Shown here piece after piece: positions 55,413 to 64,000 of a stretch of 64,000 nucleotides of DNA (its first letter is position 1; every line of letters starts with the position of its first letter). Source of the DNA: the human T2T-CHM13v2.0 reference genome, Homo sapiens; the NCBI RefSeq assembly GCF_009914755.1, contig NC_060935.1; one strand, given 5' to 3'. Below the pieces are notes generated by a model, which saw only the letters and a list, made by a program, of their open reading frames with translations, was not told the origin of the DNA and did not search any database. The translations under genes were made by a program, and so were the position numbers.

Positions 55413-58400
55413 CCCCTTTTACAGAGACAATCCCAGAGGGGGTAGTTAGACTCAGAGCTAGTGAGTGACAAGAAAGATTTCAATCCCAGGAATTTCTGCT
55501 TCAAAGCATTGCTATTTTCTGCTATTAGGCTTCAGGCATGTGCAGAGTAGCCACGGGGTTGTTGTAATGGATGATGCAACCCTGAGGAGAATATTTGCTG
55601 TCCGACACCAGGTACAAATGAGCTGACTCTGTCCCAGTGGCCATGCTCTGTTTGTGGTGTTTCTGTTCTGCCCTCAAAGGCATTTACATTGTCAGCAACA
55701 TCTGTGGTCTTCAAAATTGCTTCACCTCTCTGTGGATCAAACACCTTCAGCTTCCTATCTGTAAATATTGCCTTTGAGGTTTTAAAGCTAAGCTTAAGTT
55801 CTGCCAGGCTGGAGGGGAGGTGGGTCAGGTGTTCCGTGACCTTGTTGGCAATAGTCACACACACTTCTCATTGGCCAGTTGATGGTGCCCCCTTTTCCCA
55901 GGTGGCTCCTGCCCCAAAGCAGAGAACCTGTGATGAGCTGCTAACATTTGGCTGATGGGGATCTCAACTGCCACATTCACCTTCACTTGGAGCCATAAAG
56001 CTTTCCACAGAAGGGATGGAGTCTTGCCTTTATTCAGTGGGGGCTTTAAATAATGTTGATGCCTGTATCCCATGCCTGAAAGTTCGGATTAAATTGGTGT
56101 GGGCGTCATGATTTTAAAAATATCCTCAGGAGACTGTAAGTGTGTAACCCAGGTTGAGAATGCTGCTTAGATCGTCTGTAGAATCTCTCAAAAAAAAGTC
56201 GCATCTTATTCCTGAATTTTCCTGCTTCCTCACCCTACGTCCTACTAGTACCTGAAGATGATATAGCCTTAGTTTTGTTGCAGAATTCCAGTAACTGTTT
56301 TCCAGCTGCCTTTCTTGCTGCAAACAATAGCAATTCTGGGGAGAAGCAGGTTCTTTCCATTTACCGTGTGTGCCTCAGTTTTCTTATTACAAGTCCCAGG
56401 AGAGCCAAGTTGACATTGACTTTCTACTGGCAGCCACTTCCTTAGATGGTGGCTGAAGGCTTTCCCATGACAAACCTTTGTTTCACTACCCCATTCTGCA
56501 CATGCAGAAACTGAGGACACCGTGCTTGTCACATGTTGAGCCTTGTGTGGCTGTCCTGGCCCGGTGCCTTTGAGGGCAGAAATTATGTCATTTTGTTTAC
56601 CTTGTAGTATCTCTAGGGCACAGTATGGCTTTAGTAGGTGCTCTAGAAGTACTTCTTGCATAAGTGAGTGAATGCATGAACTAATGAATGAATCCCAGTG
56701 TGGCACAATGGTGGGAATCCAGTAGGTGGTGCTCAAAAATCCACATGGCAGTTAGATGGCAGGTTGCAGGGGATAATGTTGCCAGCAAGGTATGCTGAGC
56801 CCTCAGCACTCGAAATTATTGGACTGTGAGTTTGCATTAGGGACCAATATAGGCACAGACACTGAGGCTAAAGAGGGTGTCTGGAATAGGGGCTTGCTGG
56901 AAGGAGCTGGGGTTCATGGTTCCAAGATATAGCTGCAGTCTGGCTATGGTCGGGAGCAACACATTCCTGAGGGTGTCAGAGAAGGTTTCTTTTGGAGCCT
57001 TTAGTGGTTTGGGGCTGAGGCAGGGGAATTGATCAGGGACCTGGGGTAGTGCTGGCTTTAGAGTGAGAGATCCACGGGCCCAGCAGCTGGGAACTGCTGC
57101 CAACGGAGGCAGGGCAGATGCCGTAATGAAAAAGACATACAGTCCATTTAAGAGACAGCTAGTTAGTGAAGAAATTGCTCTGGAAGTAGAATATTTCTGA
57201 GGTGGATGCAGAATTTACAAGCTTTAACTATAGATCACATCATGTTTTCAAACACATTTTCCTGTGTTGACGATTTCACTTATTCTGCAGATTGTGCCTG
57301 ATTCAAGAGCCATAATTCCTGCCATGGAGACTCAGGTGGTGTCATTTGGGTTCCCAAATTGGGTTTGTGTATTGCAGCTAAACGGCCATCTCTTAGTTTC
57401 AGAGAGATACCATTTGAAGATGTGCCATCAGCACTGCCACAGTGACAGATGAGAAGCCTCCCATCTGGTAAGGCCTTCCCCAGGCAGGGCTGGTTGCACA
57501 CCTGGTAGGCCCCGTCTGCACCTGCTGGTGATGTCATCTTATGTGTGGTCTTCTGCTCTGGGGATGGCAGGCGAGTGCCTGCGGCAGCTGGTGTGCTCAG
57601 GACCCAGGCAGAAAGAGTCCAGAACGTGAGGGTCATATCTTATATCTAGGACAGCTGCCTCCAAGGTTCCCCTAACCAGAGCAAAGGGCAGAAGCACTGA
57701 GATACCCGCTGACACCCAGGCCGACCTCCCAGGGATCTTGGCTATCAGTGTGAGGCAGGGCACCCACAGGGATGGGGAGCCTGGATGGATCAGGCTTTGT
57801 GAGGTCACAAGAGGAGACAGGCACAAACAAGCTGCGGTGCAGGGTTATTATGAGTGTACATGTGAATATGGAGTAGCTTGGGATGTCTCTCCAACTGATA
57901 CAACTTCCCTCTATCCCAGGGTTTCTGAGACTAGACTGAGCCACCAGATTCCTAGAGAACCCATAACTCAATGTCATTAGGCAGAGGACCTATTTTGGTT
58001 TTTTTGGTAATAATTTGTTAAATGGGACTCCACCCATTTTCTTGGAATTGGAAGAACCAAGGCTGAAATCTATAGGTGCTATATATCTGCATATTCCTAA
58101 ATGGGACCGATGGATCCATTCTTTCAGGACATCACTCCAGCACTACCAGTCTGCAATAGCAGGAGATACAAGTTCTTTGGGGCTGTGAATTGCTAACATA
58201 GAGGCAGAGTACTGTGACTTCTCTTCCTTTTGGGAGAGGAGAGGAGGAGTGTTCTATACTCTTCCCCCAGTCAAATGAACGGGTCTCCAAGAAAACAGTG
58301 GGGCCCTAGGAAATGGGCTGTCTCATGCCCTGAGTGGATTCCTACTAGGACACTGGGGCACCAGAGCCATCTATGTTGACAGGAGAAGGGGGGCGGGGAG

Positions 58401-59919
58401 TGGAGGGAGATGGTAGGCAGGGAGGAGGTAGAAGAGGTACAGCTCCTACTCCCCTGTTTGGTGTGGGAAAGAAGTGGACGTCCCGTGGGTCAAGAGGATC
58501 CTGAAAAGGCAGCTTGGCTGGTGCTACCTTCCCAACACCTCACCCAAGAGATTGTGGGGTGTGTCACTGCAGGCAGGAGAGGAAAGGGAGCAAACTTGGT
58601 CACATGCCTGCCTCTCAGAGGGTGCTGACTCCAGGAAGGTGCACAGCAGCACGAGTTGGCAAGAGACACTGGCCCCTTCCCCCAGTGTTTCTCCCAGCCC
58701 TGACTCAATGGGAAAGGAGGGTGGGGAGAAGGTGGAGGAGGAGTGGAAGAATGGCCACATACCCTTCTGCCTGCAGGTGTCCTGGGCCGGGGGCAGGTCT
58801 GAGCTAGGGAAGGGGAAGGATATGAGATGAATGCTTTAAACTAGACGCCCTAAGACTGGATTAAACAAAAATTATAACCCAAAGTGACCAGATGGCTCTA
58901 GTTTCTGCCCAAGATGTTGTTAAGAGATTGGAGAGGTAGATTCAAAAGGTTGAAGGCAGTGGTTGGAGAAAAACGAAACCCTTTCACTAAATTAAGAGCG
59001 TTTTCTGTATTGGTCTATGTGGGAGTTTTCCTACCGCGATCAGGAGGAAACTCTGAAACAAGAAAAGGGCCCTGCTTGCCTCTGGCCCAGGGGCCATTGC
59101 CCTCTGCTTGTGTACCCGTTGTCCCTTTCAATCCACTGTGGCCAGAGCTACAGGCTGACTTCACTGAAAACAGCCCCAACCCAGGGTCTCTTAGGAAGGA
59201 AAGCCCTGGTTCAGGCCCTTTATCTCAGAAGGGACACAGAGGCAGCCACAGGACTCCTCTGGCTGTCCATCCAGCATAGCACTCAGGTGGAGGCAGACAG
59301 GCATCTGCATAGATTCTAGTACAGGAAGGAGAGGTCAGTCAGACCCAGGGGAGACTGCGGAGGGAGGCTTGCCTTAGGAGTTCAGAGGGGCTTCCAGGTA
59401 CCCTCTAGAAAAATGTATCCAGAACTGGAGACTAGGGGGCTGAGATGAGGCAAAATTGATGAGATTTTAGAGCCTTGGTCATGGCCCCAGCTTTTTCCCT
59501 GCCCCTTACCTCCTGCCAACTTCCTTCTAATCAGGAGCAATAATAGCCTTAAAGGGCAAGGACCTGTGGGCTTGTGTTTGGGGATGTAAGAAAGGAGGAG
59601 AGTACATGAACCCCTCTGCAGCTGGGCTTTCCAGGAGGGGCACCCAGCTTAGGGGTGGGTGGAGCCCCTCAGGCCTGAGATTTCTGGCCTGGGACTGGCC
59701 ACGGATGGGAGTGGCACAGTCAGGTGCCCCTGGACTCTGGAATAACCACCATGACCTGATGATGACGATAACAAGTTTAACTATTGAGTGCCAGGTACGA
59801 ATCATCACAGCTCTCTGCCGAGACTCCTACTGTTATCTCCATTTCATAGATGAAGAAAAACCTCAGAGAGGCTGCCACACGGTGCAAATCCAGAGTCCAT
59901 GCTCTCTTCTTTTTCTTTT

Positions 59920-62070
59920 TGTTTACCTCTTTCTCACTCTCTCCTCCTCCTTACCCATATTACCCCACCCATCTTCCCCACAACCTTGATTAATGACCTG
60001 GGATAGATCCTTCTACATTTTTCTCCATACATATAGTCCACTCCATCAGAAATGGGTTGTACAGTATAGACATCTTTTCTTGCTCACAATATCTCACAGA
60101 AATTCTCCAACTGACCTCATAAAGTCCCTCCAAATCAATTAGATTGCTATTTTCAGAGGTCATCTGATATTTCACCGTAGGGGTATATCATAAATTCTTC
60201 CCCATCCCTCCATGATAGGTGGTCATTTTTTGTTTGTTTTTCTTTTACCACTACCAACAATGCAGCAATAAATATTGTTATATTTGTCTCAGTTGACCAG
60301 AATTTTTCTCTCTAGAGGATAGATTTCCAAATTTGAAGTTTTGGGTAGTTTTACTTGAAACAGATATTGCCAAATTGATTTCTAAAAAGGCTATGGCAAT
60401 TCACACTTCCACCAGCAATGCATGAGTGCACCTCTTTCCCACATCTGCACCAGCCATTACACTTGCTTTCATTTTGTTAGTCTGGTGAGTGTGAAGTGGT
60501 ATCTAATTGTTTATTTTGGTTTTCAATTTCTTGACCATGAAGGAGTTCTAACATCATTTTATATACTTGCCAGAATTTAGTTCATTTTCTGTTTTTTGCC
60601 TATTTATTTGCTTGTCCAGTTAATTTTGGGTTGCCTTTCTTCTTAAGAATATTTCTTTTATAGATGTTAATACTTTATGTGCTATTTGTATCACAAATAC
60701 TTCCTTCCAAATCTGTTATTTTGTTTATGGGTTTCAATTATAATACTTTTTACCATATAAAAGTTACAAATTTTTGTATTTCAAAAATTTCTTTTTTGTA
60801 TTAATGTCCTTTTTCTTAAGAAGGTCTACCCAACACCTCGATTCTATATGTAGTCTCTAAGAACTCTCTTCTATGGCTTTTATAATTATTGTTATTTTTT
60901 ACATAAAAGTTTTCAACCAAGTATGAAATTTATTTTTGTACAGAGCATAAGGGCTCAACTTATTTATTTTCCAAATGGATAGACAGTTGTGCCAGTCTAA
61001 GTGCCAGGGAGAGCTGAGAAAGTCAACAAGAGCTGAGACCTGAATTCTCTTGCCGATGGTTCAAGAGAGAACTGGGGAGAACAGGTGAAAGGTGATTGAG
61101 ACACACGAGAGCCCTTGCCTGTACCCCCACTGCCCTGCAAAGAGATGCTTGGTCCAGGACTCAGAGATGAGCGAGGCAAGGGATGTCTCTATTGGAGGAG
61201 AAGGGGACAATAAGTACATCCTACTAAAGTATCATCTTTGTCATATTTTTAAATTCTCATGGTAGGATCTGTTTCTGGATTCCCTATTCCGCTCCATTGG
61301 TTTATTAGTCCATTCCTACTCCACTGGCAGTGTGTGTATGTGTGTGTGTGTGTGTCACAAAAATTAGATCACTGTGGCTTTAAAGATTAATTCCAATGTC
61401 TTTAGTGTTTCCCAGTTAAGAAAAATGTTTCTCTTCCTCTTTCTCTTTCTTCTTTTTCTTTCTTTATGTCTTTATTGGGAATATCTCAAATTTTATTAAA
61501 TGAGTTTTCAGCATCTACTTATATAATCCTATGGTTATCTTTTAATATTTTGGCATAGTGGACGACTTTAATAGATTTCCTCATATTGAAACAACTTTCC
61601 ATTCCTCAAGTAATGCCGCCTTAGTCATTGTAACTTTTTTGGTTACATTGGTTTCTATTCATTAATATTTTATTGATAATTTCTGTATTTATATTCATCT
61701 GTAAGACTGGTCTCTAGTCTATCTTTTTGTGCTGTCATTATTAACTTTTAATACTAACCTTATATAAACTTCATGAGATAAATTGATTTTTTTCCCATTT
61801 TTAGTGTGGTTTGGAATATTTTTAACATCAGAAATTATCTGTTTTTCAAAGGTTAGATAGAATTCAGGTGTTAAACCACCTGGCCTTAGCTCTTTTTTAA
61901 TGCAAGTTCTTCAAAGTCTTTCCAATTTTTTCTCATGGTCACCCAGGATTTTGATTTCTTCTTGGGTCAATTTAGGTAAATTTGTATTTTACTAAAAAAT
62001 TGTGCACTTTCTCTAGGTTTTACAAAGTATTGTTATCTACTTGTACATGCTGTTCTCTTACAATTTTTTT
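59920..62070 (-). mobile_element. Old L1M (L1MC/ME-type) 3' region, interrupted by a templated insertion
   Basis: ACAATGCAGCAATAAATAT, CACTTCCACCAGCAATGCATGAG, GTGAAGTGGTATCT, GGATCTGTTTCTGGATTCCCTATTCC. Confidence 0.7.
61005..61220 (+). repeat. Direct duplicate of 62276-62488 (~93% identity)
   Basis: Manual alignment gives about 13 substitutions and one 3 bp indel. Confidence 0.95.
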
Positions 62071-63487
62071 TGATCCTTGCTCTTAACTACTGTCCAGACT
62101 GTTATCCTTCTGAAGCTTAAGAGAACCTAGCTATGCTCAGAGTGGTCAAATGTCTGAGATGAAACTGTTCAGACCCAGGGTTGAAACAAAGGGTCGACAC
62201 AAGGAGTTTATACAAGGAATTATGGGGGGATGCTTTGGCTATTCATAGACGAAGGAATGTTTGATATCAGGGTAGCAGGGAGAGCTAACAAAGTCAAGAG
62301 CTGAGACCTGAATTCTCTTGCTGATGGTTCAAGAGAGAACTAGGGAGAAGAGGTGAAAGGTGATTCAGACAAATGAGAGCCCTTGCCTGTACCCCCACTG
62401 CCCTGCAAAGAGGTGCTTGGTCCAGGACTCAGAGATGAGCGAGGCAAGGGATGTCTCCATTGGAAGAGAAGGGGTCAATAGGTACATCTCCAACAAAGGC
62501 TTCTAAAACTTGAGTGGGTTTCATTACGGCCTTTGTTCCCATGAAGACCAACATGGGAGATAGAAAATGATACAAGTGTCAGCTCAAACACGTTTAGTTC
62601 TTTCTCAAATGGCAATTCTCAGCATGTCATAGAGGCACTGGTTAACTCAGTAGGGTAACAAAATGGGTCATAGGAGCTCAGTCATGCTTAAAATTTTATG
62701 AAGATCCATTAGCTCTAATATGAGGAAACCAGAGATGCTATTGGTATACTTTGGTGAGTTAAAAATAAATAAGACTTTTTATTCAGGTGATTAACCCTTG
62801 AGGCAGAACTTGGATTTTATACCTCTTCCTACCCCCGCAGGGCCTGCTCTATTAAGTACTTAGAACCAAGGCTATAAAGATATGAAACTTGTTTATTTTG
62901 GGGTATTGAACCCCTCAGTAAACTAGTTCTAATTGAACTTTCAGTGTGGGATGCCTCAAAGTAACAAAGGTTCATGGTGTGTTTTTGTTTGTTTGTGTGT
63001 TTTTCAAAATAATAGAGGCCTTCTCTCTCTCCTTCCTGGGCTCAGCTCCGTTAGCCGTCATCCTAAGCCCTTTGACCCAACATCTTCTAGGGTGGTGTCA
63101 GAAACTTCTGGCTTTACGTGCATTTGTCCCTGTTCTGTCTCACCCTACCCCTCCTCCGCAGAGCAGGCAACCTGTCCTTACCATGGAGCTGAGCTGAAGA
63201 CCATTCTGACTGGCAAACACCAACTAAGGTTTTCTTACCGAACTAGCCTTGAGTGCTTGAATTTCTCTTCCCTTACCATCAGTTTTCTCCCAGGAAGCTT
63301 TTCAGCATTTTGTGTAAAAAGCCTTCTGTGTGGCTGGCCCCACTGTTCTAATAAATTGAATAAGAATATGAGCTGCTAACATTAATACATTAATCAAATA
63401 CTTACTCTATTTCAGGTACAGTACTGTGTTAAGCACTTCATAGAATTTAATTGATTCAATTCTCAAAATAACTTCATCAGTCAGTGT

Positions 63488-63491
63488 TTTG

Positions 63492-63522
<31 letters not shown>

Positions 63523-63798
63523 TTCTAGAAGGAGTCTCACTCTGTCACCCAGGCAGTCGCACTATCTTGGCACACTACAACATCTGCCTCCCGGGTTCAA
63601 GCAATTCTCCTGCTTCAGCCTCCAGAGTAGCTGGGACTATAGGCATGTGCCACCATGCCCGACTAATTTTTGCATTTTTAGTAGAGACGGGGTTTTGCCA
63701 TGTTGGGCAGGGTGGTCTTGAACTCCTGACCTCAGGTGATCCGCCTGCCTCAGCCTCCCAAAGTGCTGGGATTACAGGTGTGAGCCACTGCAGCTGGC
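63488..63798 (-). mobile_element. AluSx
   Basis: Poly(T) followed by a full antisense dimer with GACCTCAGGTGATCC. Confidence 0.92.
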
Positions 63799-64000
63799 AA
63801 AGGTTCTTTTGATTGCAAATTACAGAAACTCCACCTAAAACCTGCTTAAGTATGCATTTGTCTGCACTAGACATTTACTATTTTCATAATCAGGAAAACA
63901 TGACTTAAAAGGGGTTCATATAGCATTCACCACATTGTTTCTTATATTATAATCAGTGAAGACTCTTGTCCCATAGACTGATCTCCTTAAGGGCAGGGAC

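Noticed and set aside
55532-55864. 110 aa ORF with a WD40/coronin-like word (DRKLKVFDPQRGEAI)
   Set aside because: Similarity is limited to a short stretch, with no convincing splice sites or neighbouring exons; a tblastn/PhyloCSF hit would be needed.
57291-57467. Possible exon (TTCTGCAG| ... CTG|GTAAGG)
   Set aside because: Such signal pairs are common by chance; no transcript evidence can be derived from sequence alone.

Overview
Primate, most likely human, non-coding DNA (intergenic or deep intronic); the species call rests on a near-perfect AluYa5-lineage insertion. I see no credible protein-coding gene, RNA gene or CRISPR array. The ORF track is explained by L1 ORF1 remnants, Alu read-through, chance short ORFs and a nearly A-free tandem repeat that can hardly contain stop codons. 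The window is a mosaic of interspersed repeats: a rearranged L1PA, old L1M, L2 and MIR, Alus, MaLR/ERVL/ERV1 solo LTRs and MER DNA transposons. The most notable structures are: (1) an L1PA whose 5'UTR has lost an intron-like segment at the canonical +97 splice donor, joined to an acceptor upstream of the commonly described one, plus a ~3 kb ORF1-ORF2 deletion; (2) a ~250 bp inverted duplication (~96% identical outside its simple repeats) whose arms both carry the 5' end of an MLT2A1 LTR, so the LTR body could in principle invert intact; (3) a ~4.8 kb layered, CpG-bearing CT/GT/CCCCACGCC compound tandem repeat with higher-order block duplications; (4) several local template-switch-type products (perfect palindromes, a pre-miRNA-shaped hairpin, a ~215 bp templated insertion); (5) a tail-less Alu joined to its TSD by microhomology. 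I found no new protein-coding system. Repeat family names come from recalled consensus sequences, and boundaries of old elements are approximate.
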